A DNA stretch of 54,698 nucleotides, from NCBI GenBank assembly GCA_039815185.1, contig JBCBZT010000049.1, forward strand, positions 1 through 54,698, given 5' to 3'. Within the stretch, counting starts at the first letter, position 1. Every line of letters starts with the position of its first letter. Shown in pieces: positions 1 to 10,150 of this stretch. This DNA comes from Cyanobacteria bacterium P01_A01_bin.123 (GTDB lineage Bacteria; Cyanobacteriota; Cyanobacteriia; Phormidesmidales; Phormidesmidaceae). Below the pieces are notes generated by a model. It ran no database searches. It was given only the letters and a program-made list of their open reading frames with translations, and was not told the origin of the DNA. The position numbers were made by a program, and so were the translations under genes.

Positions 1-139
1 GAGACCTGTGGATGAAAGCCCAGGGCTATAGTTGACAACTCAGGTTAGAGTTTGCTCCGTGATGCTGAACCGCCCTGTGCGGACCCGCTTGCAGGGTGGT
101 GTGGGAGGGGGGATTCGTGAGGATTCTCCCTATCCCGAT
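1..139 (+). mobile_element. 3' end of a group II intron (class C / IIC-like): last codons of the intron-encoded RT, then domains V and VI
   Basis: 3-35 reads DLWMKAQGYS*, resembling a class C intron-protein C-terminus. 67-139 GAACCGCCCTGTGCGGACCCGCTTGCAGGGTGGTGTGGGAGGGGG...CTCCCTATCCCGAT matches the short class C domain V plus a domain VI hairpin ending in AT. Confidence 0.85.
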
Positions 140-501
140 TAGCTCTCCATAAAGCTTTTTCATAAATGACTCTAAGTTCCTGCACAACTTTAAAGTCGCG
201 ACAACTCAATTCTATTAGAAAGAAGAGGTGGTGGTTAGATTAATCCATAGAGCGAGGCTTCGCAAAGTTCCCAATGATGCCAAACTCTGACACATCAAGG
301 CATTGGAAGATTTGATTAGAAAGATGAAATAATTGGAAGAGAAGAGATTCATCCCGACCGACTAGCACTCTATCCAACTCCCATCTGGAGACGAAAGCAA
401 ATAGCATCTAAGGTATTGACAACTGTTGAAAGAATATTGAAAGGTTTTCAATACGCTCACATCCTTGTTCAGCAAGAGATTTGAAAGTTTTATTGGAAAA
501 T

Positions 502-1557
502 GGCGTTGTTGCATGAATCAGCCGCCTGTCAGAAATTCGTCTCACTAGCCATTCAACTAGCTCTCAATGGCATAGCTATCGGGCTTGGCCACTTGAATCA
601 TGCGATTGAGCGCCGCACATTGCAAGAAGAGTTCCACCGCTTGATTGTCAAAGATGCGCGAACGCACCCGTCCGCCAAAAGTGACTTTGACTCGAAACAT
701 CATGGTCTCAGCTAGTGAACGGCGATGATAGCCGCTCTCTTGCTTCCATCCTTTGCGTCCCACTTGCTCAATCCGGTGCAAGATTTGGTCGCGGGGATGA
801 GTGGGCATGTTCTCGTTCGGCTGAGACCGTTGAGCATCTCGACGGGGAGGGATTGCCGCCACAGCCCCCCGCTGGGCAATCACCTCATGGCACTCAAAGG
901 TATCGTCAGCCCCATCGCCAGAGACTTGGGAAACTTCATCACCGATACCGTCCAGCAAACTGGCTAAGATTTCGCTGTCGCGATAGTCGTTGGTAGTCAC
1001 CTCCGCTATCAGGATCTCTCCGCAAGCTTCATCTACGCCCAGATGCAGCTTGCGCCAAGTGCGACGTTTGCTCACCCCATGCTGTCGTGTTTTCCATTCG
1101 CCTTCCCCATAAATCTTGATGCCAGTCGAATCCACCACCACATGGCGGGGGCCAGTATGCTGCTGCACCGGCATCGACACGCTCAAAGTCCCTAAGCGGC
1201 GCGACACCGTACTGTGGTCAGGCACTGGCAGGTTGATCTGCATCAACTTAAAGAGCGATTGGGTCAAGCCTTGAGCTTGGCGACCGGCGAGGTGAAAGAG
1301 GCTTTTGAGGGTCGCTACTGTGGCAATTGCTAGGTCGCTATAAGTGGGGGAGGCCCCTCGATGGCCAGTTTTGTCTTGAATGAGCCACTGCTCTAGCACC
1401 TCATCGGTGACCCAAAAGATAAGACTTCCTCGCTGCTTGAGGCCAGCGGTATACTCAGACCAGTTGCGGACGCGATATTGACGTTTCATTGGCAGGGTTT
1501 GGTTTGGCGATTAAACCCTACCACGTCAGCCCGTCCGCCTTTTTATGCAACAACGTC
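502..1557 (-). mobile_element. IS5 family (IS903 group) insertion sequence
   Basis: Imperfect terminal inverted repeats GGCGTTGTTGCATGAA (502) and TTTATGCAACAACGTC (to 1557). 9-bp direct repeat TTGGAAAAT at 493-501 and 1558-1566. Confidence 0.93.
557..1489 (-). CDS. IS5 family transposase
   Basis: YRVRNWSEY..LKQRGSL, VPDHSTVSRR, VVDSTGIKIYGEGEW, WRKLHL and YHRRSLAET motifs. Confidence 0.95.
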   Translation of the reverse strand: MKRQYRVRNWSEYTAGLKQRGSLIFWVTDEVLEQWLIQDKTGHRGASPTYSDLAIATVATLKSLFHLAGRQAQGLTQSLFKLMQINLPVPDHSTVSRRLGTLSVSMPVQQHTGPRHVVVDSTGIKIYGEGEWKTRQHGVSKRRTWRKLHLGVDEACGEILIAEVTTNDYRDSEILASLLDGIGDEVSQVSGDGADDTFECHEVIAQRGAVAAIPPRRDAQRSQPNENMPTHPRDQILHRIEQVGRKGWKQESGYHRRSLAETMMFRVKVTFGGRVRSRIFDNQAVELFLQCAALNRMIQVAKPDSYAIES

Positions 1558-1759
1558 TTGGAAAATTGAAAAGTTGAAAGTTAAGAGTTTCTCTTTTTGT
1601 TGGTGTGTCCTTGGCCGTCGCACGTAACAAAGTGCTTGCCTACACTTTGCCAACCACCAAGAATGAAATTGTCACAACCCGAAATGGTGAATGGATGGTG
1701 ATTAAATAATTTGTTTCAAGCTAAAAGCTTTATTGAATAAAGCTTTTACGATTTAATTT

Positions 1760-1807
1760 AGCCGCCTCCTAAGCGGTAGGTCGCGCGTTCGAATCGCGCC
1801 AGTCCCG
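1760..1807 (+). pseudogene. 3' fragment of tRNA-Arg(CCU), probable att site of an integrated island
   Basis: Anticodon arm GCCGC-CT-CCT-AA-GCGGT, T arm GCGCG-TTCGAAT-CGCGC and the 3' acceptor strand are present. The D arm and 5' acceptor strand are replaced by AT-rich sequence. Confidence 0.85.
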
Positions 1808-2103
1808 TCCTTTAAGTCAATGGTTTCAGGCTTTTCAGGCGTGAAATTTGTCAATATAGACAGTTCAGCGCTCACCAGCTTTTCCTGATGTTCACCAGTA
1901 ATGTGGTGAATATATGGCGGATGGTGAGCGCCAGCTGTCACATGGCTTTGAATCCAAACGAAACGAATACTCGCTTGCGAAATCTTCATACAAAATATAA
2001 GTCAGCGATTGCTTCACTTGCGGTATTGCTGCCACTACACTTGAGTCACCGGATACTTCGCCATTAAGTATGTCATTGCTCTGCCATAGACTTGGATCAA
2101 GAA

Positions 2104-2982
2104 ATGAACAAGTTACTAGAATTGCCAAACCAAGAAAAAATCCATGTCCTCAATGAGAAGGAAGCACTCTTTCTTTACGATGATATTTTTGTCAGACAAA
2201 ATTACTTGCAGCATGGGCTTACCTTAAAACAAGGTGACACAGTATTTGATATTGGTGCGAATATAGGTTTGTTTACCCTTTTTGCCCATCACTACTGCCA
2301 AGGCAATGTAAATTTATTTGCGTTTGAGCCAATTTATCAACTCTATAAAATTCTAGAAAAAAATGCGAAACAGGCTACCGTCATCAACTCTGGGTTGTGG
2401 GATGAAGATGGTGAAGCAATTTTTGATTACTTTCCTCACTACTCCTTACTCTCAGGGGCGAATGCAAAGTTTAGCCCTGAAGAGAAGAAAAACTTCACCA
2501 GCTTAATTCTTGATAACTTAGACGATGTGAAAGGCAAAAATAATTTTATAGGAAATATTATTAGAACATGTCCTTCAAGATGGAAGGTCACGCTAGTGGA
2601 ATTCATTTTGGGAAATTTTTGGCTGAAAAACAAAAGATGTAAGGTGGCTTTGACAAGTCTGTCTAAAATCATCAAAGAGTATAACTTACCCGAAATCAAT
2701 CTAGTCAAGTTAGATGCTGAAAAAGCTGAGCTTAAAATTCTTGAGGGAATAGAATTAACAGACTGGCCAAAAATCCAGCAGTTCGTTATAGAAGTTCACG
2801 ACATTCAGGATCGCTTGAATATCATTACAATCATGCTAGAGAAATATGGTTTTGAATGTACTGTAGAGGCTGGGTATCCACCAAAGTTCTTAGCCTATTC
2901 AATTTTAGGTGTTACGAACCCAGTTTTTGCTCATCATAATTCACAAGATTTGCTCTACACCCTATATGCAAAAAGAATATAG
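2104..2982 (+). CDS. FkbM family SAM-dependent methyltransferase
   Basis: VFDIGANIGLF, AFEP, LVKLDAEKAE and FVIEVH motifs. ATG at 2104 preferred over TTG at 2092. Confidence 0.9.
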   Translation: MNKLLELPNQEKIHVLNEKEALFLYDDIFVRQNYLQHGLTLKQGDTVFDIGANIGLFTLFAHHYCQGNVNLFAFEPIYQLYKILEKNAKQATVINSGLWDEDGEAIFDYFPHYSLLSGANAKFSPEEKKNFTSLILDNLDDVKGKNNFIGNIIRTCPSRWKVTLVEFILGNFWLKNKRCKVALTSLSKIIKEYNLPEINLVKLDAEKAELKILEGIELTDWPKIQQFVIEVHDIQDRLNIITIMLEKYGFECTVEAGYPPKFLAYSILGVTNPVFAHHNSQDLLYTLYAKRI

Positions 2983-3494
2983 CAGCCCGCATTAGGAGAA
3001 TAAAGTCTCACGTTAAGGCATCGCCCTCCATTTTTTTTGCCGGTCTTATCACAAGCGTCATCATAACGGTGACCCGATGGCCTACTTCGGTGCTAACTTC
3101 TCTGTGCTAGACAAACTGCTGAAAACAGCCTTGTCGTTAAAAGGGCGCTACATTGCCTTCGCCGCCCCTCTCGATAATCTTGAAAAGCCCCTGCGGCAAG
3201 AACTCACCGAGGCTGGCGGACGATCCTCCCTCCAGGAAATCCAATCGACGTTGAGAAGACCTGCATTCTAGTCATTGATATCTCCAGTATCAAAGGGATT
3301 TGTCCAGAGAGGCTGTTCTCATACGAAGCGTAATCCGTTGCTGAATGACGTATTGGTGAGGCAATCTCCAAGTCACCCTCCGGGAAGACAACACTTCAAC
3401 CAAAACTAATGCACAATGTTGGATAAAGCTGCCCAATGCCAGGTCTGATTGGGGTAGTATCTTTGGTTGCAACCCTTGCAATAGGACAGTACCG

Positions 3495-4652
3495 TTGACC
3501 TCAAGCTCTGAACGCCGAATTTCAATCTCCCTGGGTAGCGTTGTGCTGCTAGTTTCAGCGGTACCCGTGCTGATATTGCTGTGGCAGCTCAAAAGCCTGA
3601 TTTTGCTGGTGATGATTTCGGTGGTGCTGGCGTCATCCATTGCCCCAGTTGTAGATTGGGCTGAAGGTCGGCGGGTTCCCCGTTGGTTAGCGGTGGTGCT
3701 GATCTACTTAGGGTTAATTAACCTCTTGGTTGCAACCATCTTTCTGATTGGCCCAACTATTTTTGAGCAGATCGAACGATTGATTCGCCAAATTCCGGTA
3801 TCCCTCAAAAGCTTGGCTACCGCTGCAGAAGCTTGGGTAATGCAGATCAACGACAGTCGGCCTGCGCTAATTAATGACCTGTTTGACCAATTGATCGATG
3901 TCCAAGGCATTACCCGCTGGGCAATTCGTTCTAGTCAACAATTGCTTGTACGTTCCTATGGGGTTACCACAGGGATTTTGGGGGGCTTTTTCAGCATTGT
4001 CTTGGCCATTTTTCTATCCGGCTATATGCTGGCCGATAGTCGTACGCTGATTCGGAATTTAGTCCGACTGCTACCCGCCCCTTGGGATGAACGGCTGGCC
4101 GCTCAAGTGGGGCCGATGAGCCATCGGATTGGCACCTACATTCGAGGAAGACTAATAGTCTCGGCCATTTTGGCCATTGTGACGACCATTAGTTTGAGCT
4201 TTTTGGGACTCTCAGACTTCGCGCTGGGCTTAGGCGCGATCGCTGGCGTTACCAATCTTATTCCCTTCATTGGCCCTATCTTGGGTGCGATTCCGGCTCT
4301 CGTTGTAGCGATTTCTCAGGGAGGCTTAACATTCCTGTGGGTGCTGATTTTGTTTGCCATTATTCAAAATCTGGAAACCTATGCCCTCGATCCGCTCCTG
4401 GTTGGGTCGTCTGTGGGCGTTCATCCGCTTTATCAACTCCTGGCCGTATTGGGGGGCACCCAGGTGCTCGGTATCATTGGTGCGTTGATTGTGCCTCCCT
4501 GGATTGCTGGAGGAGCTGTGCTGCTTGAAAACCTTTATCTCCGACCCAAGCTGATGGCAGAACGTCGCCGCAAAATTTCCCAAACCCAACAATCACTAGA
4601 CGCTAGTCCGCCAAATGAGAGTGAAAGCCCGGTTGAATCTGTGCCGACGTGA
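3495..4652 (+). CDS. AI-2E family transporter
   Basis: Multiple TM helices; NLIPFIGPILG, IQNLE..LDP.LVG and LGIIGALIVPP motifs. Confidence 0.9.
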   Translation: MTSSSERRISISLGSVVLLVSAVPVLILLWQLKSLILLVMISVVLASSIAPVVDWAEGRRVPRWLAVVLIYLGLINLLVATIFLIGPTIFEQIERLIRQIPVSLKSLATAAEAWVMQINDSRPALINDLFDQLIDVQGITRWAIRSSQQLLVRSYGVTTGILGGFFSIVLAIFLSGYMLADSRTLIRNLVRLLPAPWDERLAAQVGPMSHRIGTYIRGRLIVSAILAIVTTISLSFLGLSDFALGLGAIAGVTNLIPFIGPILGAIPALVVAISQGGLTFLWVLILFAIIQNLETYALDPLLVGSSVGVHPLYQLLAVLGGTQVLGIIGALIVPPWIAGGAVLLENLYLRPKLMAERRRKISQTQQSLDASPPNESESPVESVPT

Positions 4653-4725
4653 TGATCAACTAAACCAGATCTGATAAACAGATAGCGGACGATATCAGTT
4701 TGACAGCGGCGGGAGGCGTCAAATC

Positions 4726-5355
4726 ATGAACCAGTGGACTTCTGAGACTCACGCTTTAGGTTACCTTGAGCGGGCTGACAAGATTCCCCATCGCACTGAA
4801 GGTGAAGCGGTGCTGCTTGATCGTGTGCCGAAAACGGTGCGACGGATCCTTGATTTGGGCACGGGTAGTGGGCGGTTGCTGTCGCTGTTAAAAATCGAGC
4901 GTCCCCAGGCAAACAGTGTCGCTCTCGATTTTTCGCCGACGATGCTGAAAACAGTGCGCCAGACCTTTGCTGATGACCCCACCGTTCAGGTCATTGATCA
5001 TAATTTAGAGGCACCGTTACCAAACTTAGGCCAGTTTGACGCGGTAGTTTCAAGCTTTGCCATCCACCATTTGACTCACGACCGCAAGCGATCGCTCTAT
5101 GGTGAAATCTTTAACTGCTTGGAACCGGGTGGTATTTTCTGCAACCTGGAACACGTGGACTCGCCGACCTCCCGCCTACATGACCAGTTCTTAGCTGCAA
5201 TTGGGGTTTCACCTGAAAACGATGACCCCTCCAATATTCTGCTAGACGTTGAATCTCAACTCCGGTGGTTGCGGCAGCTTGGCTTTACCGATGTAGATTG
5301 CTATTGGAAATGGCTAGAATTAGCACTATTGATTGGGATTAAACCTGATCTGTAG
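4726..5355 (+). CDS. Class I SAM-dependent methyltransferase
   Basis: ILDLGTGSG, FDAVVSSFAIHHL and LEPGG motifs. Confidence 0.9.
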   Translation: MNQWTSETHALGYLERADKIPHRTEGEAVLLDRVPKTVRRILDLGTGSGRLLSLLKIERPQANSVALDFSPTMLKTVRQTFADDPTVQVIDHNLEAPLPNLGQFDAVVSSFAIHHLTHDRKRSLYGEIFNCLEPGGIFCNLEHVDSPTSRLHDQFLAAIGVSPENDDPSNILLDVESQLRWLRQLGFTDVDCYWKWLELALLIGIKPDL

Positions 5356-5426
5356 AATCAGCACAATCATGCGAAATTGATTCCTGTTGCAAAGTAGATC
5401 TTGCGCAAGGGTTCTGTGGCAGGCCT

Positions 5427-6260
5427 ATGCTAGCTCTCAACACCGAAGACAGCTTCTTTTTCGATGTCACCACTAATACCAACCCAATGGTCAACTTTTG
5501 TGTTTGGGTTTTAGAAATTGATGGTCTAAAGGTTGCACCTTTTGATCAACACCCGGATGGCGATGGTAGTCTCCGAGCTGCGGGGCTCACTGCTCATGAC
5601 TGGCAATCCTGGCTCAGGCAGATTTGTCTTTTGACAGACCGTCGCCTAGGTTGGCACACTCCAAACATTCAGGCAGAAGTAGAACAGCAAGTTGCCAACG
5701 ACGAGGCAGCGATCGCTCAAATACGGCCTCAAATGTTGCAAGTTCATCCAGAGCTTGATCCAGCCTCGATAGATCTAGGGGTAGTAGAGCGGAAACGGAC
5801 TGCTTTTTTAGAATGGCGGGAGCAACAATACAATATTGCGGCAGCGTTAATTCCTCAGTTGCTAGGAATATCTGAGCTACCCGAGCAGTCTTTTAATCCG
5901 GTCGATCACTGGCGGGGGCATCCCGACGTTAAAGCTTATCTTGGAAATCTATGGGGAGATTTTGAATCTCGCGTCTTTTCTAGACGTAAAAGATTATGTA
6001 GTAGCGCAATACGCAGATTGCTGCGAGAAAACAGTGATGTCCTGGCAGCTAATCACAAAGCTGAGCGTAGTGCATTGAATCCATACTTACCCGATCTACC
6101 TGTAGTGACATTTGACATTGTCAATTATCCTGCGCCAGTGACGCATGCAATTTCACCCATAACGGCAATCATTACAGACAAGATCTATATCCCTCACAAT
6201 AGGGAAACATTGCAGGCAAAAATTCGCTTGATCAGAAGATTAATTGAATCCCAAAACTGA
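5427..6260 (+). CDS. Hypothetical protein
   Basis: 277-aa open frame with no recognised motif. Confidence 0.7.
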   Translation: MLALNTEDSFFFDVTTNTNPMVNFCVWVLEIDGLKVAPFDQHPDGDGSLRAAGLTAHDWQSWLRQICLLTDRRLGWHTPNIQAEVEQQVANDEAAIAQIRPQMLQVHPELDPASIDLGVVERKRTAFLEWREQQYNIAAALIPQLLGISELPEQSFNPVDHWRGHPDVKAYLGNLWGDFESRVFSRRKRLCSSAIRRLLRENSDVLAANHKAERSALNPYLPDLPVVTFDIVNYPAPVTHAISPITAIITDKIYIPHNRETLQAKIRLIRRLIESQN

Positions 6261-6440
6261 CGTCTGTAGTAACCTACCAAAGGCAATTATCGACCTATTA
6301 GAAAATTTTAAGCCGTGATCATAGACTGCAAAATCAATCCGTTGCTTTTTCGAATATAAAGCCGTCTGGCTATCAGTTGTGTTGGCGATCGCCAACACGA
6401 CTGATAGCCACCAAAGCCTCACATCCAGCCCTTGACTAAG

Positions 6441-7634
6441 TTAGTGGTGGTGATGCCCATTGTGATCGTGGTGATGATCGCCGTGATGGTGATGGTGATG
6501 ATGCCCATGGTCGTGGCTGATTTGGGCTGCCTGCATTGCTGCCAATCTAGGGGTTACGTTCAACGCCTGGGCATTTAACAATGCATCAATGTGCTCATCG
6601 GCCCAATCTGCAGTCATCTGCAAAAACTCGGGGCGATCGTTGACGCAGGGCATTTGCACGTAGGTCACATCCGGACGCTTTTTGCGCAGATCCATCATGA
6701 TGTGATCCACATCAAGCAGGGTTTCGTGGTTCTCAGTGGCAAAGCCGATGGGCATAAATACAATCGCTGTTGCCCCCAAATCCATTAAGTTTTTAGCCGC
6801 CAAGGTGGCATTGGGTTGGGTCCACTCAATCATCGGGGTGTCGTGGTTGAGCCAACCCACTGAAATTAAAGGATATTTGTAGATCAGCTTCTCGCGAACA
6901 GCTTCATAGAGCAATTCACTTTCTCGAATGCCGGAGGTAAAGCCTTTAGCCTTGTGGGGACAGCCATGGTTCATCAACACAATCCCCGTTTGGGAAGGTA
7001 AGTGGGCCACCGCCAGGTCGGATTGAATTTTTTCTTCGACCATTTTTGCAGTCAGGTCGATATAGGCAGGCTCGTTATAAAACGAGGGAATATAGCGCGT
7101 ACCTTTGAGCCAATGCTCTGCTCCGCCTGCAGTAGCAGCTAGGGCCTGGTTCACTTGTTCAACTGCGATACCGCTGGTGAAAATCGAATCTACCACTAGC
7201 AGGGGATAGATCAACAGCTTGTCAAATCCTTCCGCTTTGATCTCAGCGATCACCTGTTCGGGTAAGTAAGGCTTACAAAAGTTGAAGGCTTTGAAGACCT
7301 TAACGCGATCGCCCCATTTTGCCTGCAGTGACGTTTCCAAGCCGGCCCGCTGGCGCTCAAAAATGGCATTATGGGGCGAAATGAAGTTGCCGTGCTGGTG
7401 GCTCCACTCATGCAAATCAAAAATGGCCAACAGCTTCGCCAAGGGTGGATAAACCCAAGTAGGCACTGGGGCAAATTTGGCTGTCAACAGATTTAACGCT
7501 TGTTCGTTGTAGTTTGCGAAGTCTTCGTAACTTTCCACTTCGCCGTATCCCATCAAAAGCACCGCTACCCGGTCGGAACCCACTGTCCCTACTGCCAAGG
7601 TTTGCTGCTTTTGCTTTTCTGGCGTGGCAACCAT
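6441..7634 (-). CDS. Ferrochelatase-family chelatase with His-rich C-terminal tail
   Basis: VLLMGYG, HGCP, PIGFATENHETLLDVD and PCVND motifs; poly-His tail; no CAB domain. Confidence 0.85.
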   Translation of the reverse strand: MVATPEKQKQQTLAVGTVGSDRVAVLLMGYGEVESYEDFANYNEQALNLLTAKFAPVPTWVYPPLAKLLAIFDLHEWSHQHGNFISPHNAIFERQRAGLETSLQAKWGDRVKVFKAFNFCKPYLPEQVIAEIKAEGFDKLLIYPLLVVDSIFTSGIAVEQVNQALAATAGGAEHWLKGTRYIPSFYNEPAYIDLTAKMVEEKIQSDLAVAHLPSQTGIVLMNHGCPHKAKGFTSGIRESELLYEAVREKLIYKYPLISVGWLNHDTPMIEWTQPNATLAAKNLMDLGATAIVFMPIGFATENHETLLDVDHIMMDLRKKRPDVTYVQMPCVNDRPEFLQMTADWADEHIDALLNAQALNVTPRLAAMQAAQISHDHGHHHHHHHGDHHHDHNGHHHH

Positions 7635-8182
7635 ACTGTGTGCTCCCTTGAGAATCCCTTATCACTGAACTTTAGCCTAGCATCCCCCCCTAGGGGATAG
7701 CTATTTTCACAAACATAGTCAGGTTATAACGCTCTATCCAATTCTGTGCTTTAGGCTTTATGGGAGCTTGAGCTTTTATTCTTCTTTCACAAAGAAACGT
7801 GAAAAAACGTAACTCTCGAATTGCTGGAACACTTCACTAAATCTTCTCCAGGTTCATGCCCACAAGTACAAACTGCGGGAACTTTTAGAACAAGCCGATC
7901 TTGCCTAGCGCGTTGATGCAGTCAACAATATGGCGCACCACAACTCAGTATTACCACTCCTGTAAAACGGTGGTTGTACCAGCAGAAGTCATGACTTCTC
8001 ATCCTTCTAAATTGCTACGATTATTCGCTTTCGAGAAATTTAACCGCACACAAATTTTATCTGACGCCAGCGTATTCTTTATTGAAGCTTTAATTTCTGC
8101 CTCTGTAAATGTGTTGAGATATACCTGATGTGTATCCCAGAAACTACTTACGATCCGTTACATCTTCTATAGGGCTTTTGTA

Positions 8183-8983
8183 ATGAAGCATGCTTTATTG
8201 TCCGCCTCAGCAGGTCTCGCTGTTGGTATGGCGGGTGTTCTAGGCGTCCTGCCAGCCCAGGCTCAAACCACAACTTACGATTATTTCGGTTCTATTACCG
8301 TCGACGGAACACTTGATGAGGCTTTGGAATTGCCACTTCAAATGAATGGCATCGACCTTGGTCTTGATTTTAGTAATGGCGACATTGATTTTAATTTCAG
8401 TGAGATTTTTAATGGTTCCTTTCCTGTCCCAGATGCGGCCATTACAGATGGTGACTTCACTGCAACGGCTACAGACCTGGCCAATTTATTTGGTTTAACC
8501 GTGACACCTGACATCCAAGATACGCTGGATGCTGCCCTTGCTTTTCTCGATCCACTCCCGACTGGTGTTGGATTTGCATTTACGGGTGAAGTAGATATTT
8601 TTGACAGTGTTGGTGCGGACTTGGCTAGCTATGTGCTTTCCTTTGATATTGCAACAGCAACCTTAGTGGCCAATGTTTCTGGTGCCCCGGCTAATGTTTT
8701 GGAACCTTGCCTCACGGAAAGCTGTAGTGCATCGGGTGATTTTTCTGCCTTGTTGACGCTCTTCAACACTACCGTGGCATCGGTCGATGTGGCGTTTAAC
8801 GTGGCAACAGCACCGCAGTCTTCTACTGATGATCCAACCGTCGAAGATCCGACTGTTATCGACTCAGGCAGCGGGAGCGGAGATCCTGCATCTGTCCCTG
8901 AGCCTGCCATGGTTTTGGGGTTGATTGGCTTGGGGGGATGGTTAGCCAATACCCGTCAAAGACAGGCGAAGACAATGGCATAG
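8183..8983 (+). CDS. PEP-CTERM sorting-domain exported protein
   Basis: Signal peptide ending PAQA; C-terminal VPEP, TM segment and basic residues. Confidence 0.92.
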   Translation: MKHALLSASAGLAVGMAGVLGVLPAQAQTTTYDYFGSITVDGTLDEALELPLQMNGIDLGLDFSNGDIDFNFSEIFNGSFPVPDAAITDGDFTATATDLANLFGLTVTPDIQDTLDAALAFLDPLPTGVGFAFTGEVDIFDSVGADLASYVLSFDIATATLVANVSGAPANVLEPCLTESCSASGDFSALLTLFNTTVASVDVAFNVATAPQSSTDDPTVEDPTVIDSGSGSGDPASVPEPAMVLGLIGLGGWLANTRQRQAKTMA

Positions 8984-8995
8984 GCGAGGGTCATA

Positions 8996-10147
8996 TTATC
9001 CCCACAAGCGCCGCCGTTCTGGGCCATTGAGGCGCTTGTGGGTATCTCTAAGCAACGTCGGAATTTTTAAGTCCTCAGGGCAACGGGGGAGACAGTCGCC
9101 ACAGTCGGTACACCGTTTGCCTTTGCGTCCCGGAAACCAGTGACCTGCATGTTCAAACATAGCGTAACGATATTCGCCAAAAGCGGTCATGTCGTAGGCC
9201 ACGGCTAGATTTCGCAGTCGCAGCATCTCTGGGATATTGATCGACTCTGGGCAAGGTAAGCACTGGTAGCACTGGGCACAGCGATCGCCTCCTAAGGTCT
9301 CTCGTGATTTCTGTTCTAAACGATTTAGGGCGGCCTGCATTTGGGCATTCCAGGCAGGTAACGCTTCAAAAGCAGAGATAAAGGCTAACTCTTGAGGCCC
9401 AGCAGGCCCGGTGCTGAGTGTGGTGATGCGTTCGTCCTGAAGCAACCATTGGTAGGTCAAGGCTAATGGTGAAAAGGGTTCACAAAGCTTTTGCAGCGTT
9501 TCAGGCGGCTTGTAAAGCATCCCCCCCTTATCACCAGGGGAAATGATAAAGACGCCCATATTCTGTTGATGGGCTAAGGCAACTGCCGGGGCGAGCCGTT
9601 GAAAAAAATAGTAGTAGTGTAGATTGACGAACTCAAACAGTCCCGTGGCGATCGCCGCCTGCACTATCTCTAAAGACCCGTGGGTCGAAAACCCCACATG
9701 GCGAATTTTGCCCGCCGCGATCGCGTCCCGCACCGCTGCCATACAACCTGACTCATCAGTAACCCAGGCCAAGTGCTGTTCGGTATTGATACCGTGGAGA
9801 GCTAGACAGTCCACACTGCTTTGCTGGAGCCGAGCCAAAGACTCATCAATCTGCTGGGCAAAAGTCGCTGCATCTGGAGTAGGCGGTATTTTAGTCGTGA
9901 TCACCAGCTGTGTTGGTGCAGCCTCTCCAGTGGAGAATTGCGTTTCTGCGTCCAACTGACTCAGGATTTTGCCTAGGAACCGTTCACTATTACCATAGCC
10001 CCGCGCTGTTTCGATGTGGTTAATCCCCAGCGCGATCGCAGCCGTGACCGTTGCCTGAAACTTCTCATAAGTCTCCAAACACCGCATTGTGCCTAAGGAG
10101 AATTCAGACAGTACGAGTTCTGTCTTGCCAAAGCGGCGGTAGCGCAT
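8996..10147 (-). CDS. Aldo/keto reductase with C-terminal 4Fe-4S domain
   Basis: YRRFGKT..LGTMR, ETARGYG, GFSTH; CxxCxxCxPCP and CxxCxxCxxxCP. Confidence 0.92.
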   Translation of the reverse strand: MRYRRFGKTELVLSEFSLGTMRCLETYEKFQATVTAAIALGINHIETARGYGNSERFLGKILSQLDAETQFSTGEAAPTQLVITTKIPPTPDAATFAQQIDESLARLQQSSVDCLALHGINTEQHLAWVTDESGCMAAVRDAIAAGKIRHVGFSTHGSLEIVQAAIATGLFEFVNLHYYYFFQRLAPAVALAHQQNMGVFIISPGDKGGMLYKPPETLQKLCEPFSPLALTYQWLLQDERITTLSTGPAGPQELAFISAFEALPAWNAQMQAALNRLEQKSRETLGGDRCAQCYQCLPCPESINIPEMLRLRNLAVAYDMTAFGEYRYAMFEHAGHWFPGRKGKRCTDCGDCLPRCPEDLKIPTLLRDTHKRLNGPERRRLWG

Positions 10148-10150
10148 CAA

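Noticed and set aside
3077..3271. 64-aa ORF as a functional gene
   Set aside because: The frame appears to begin upstream of the ATG and ends abruptly. It looks like a fragment and I cannot assign a family.
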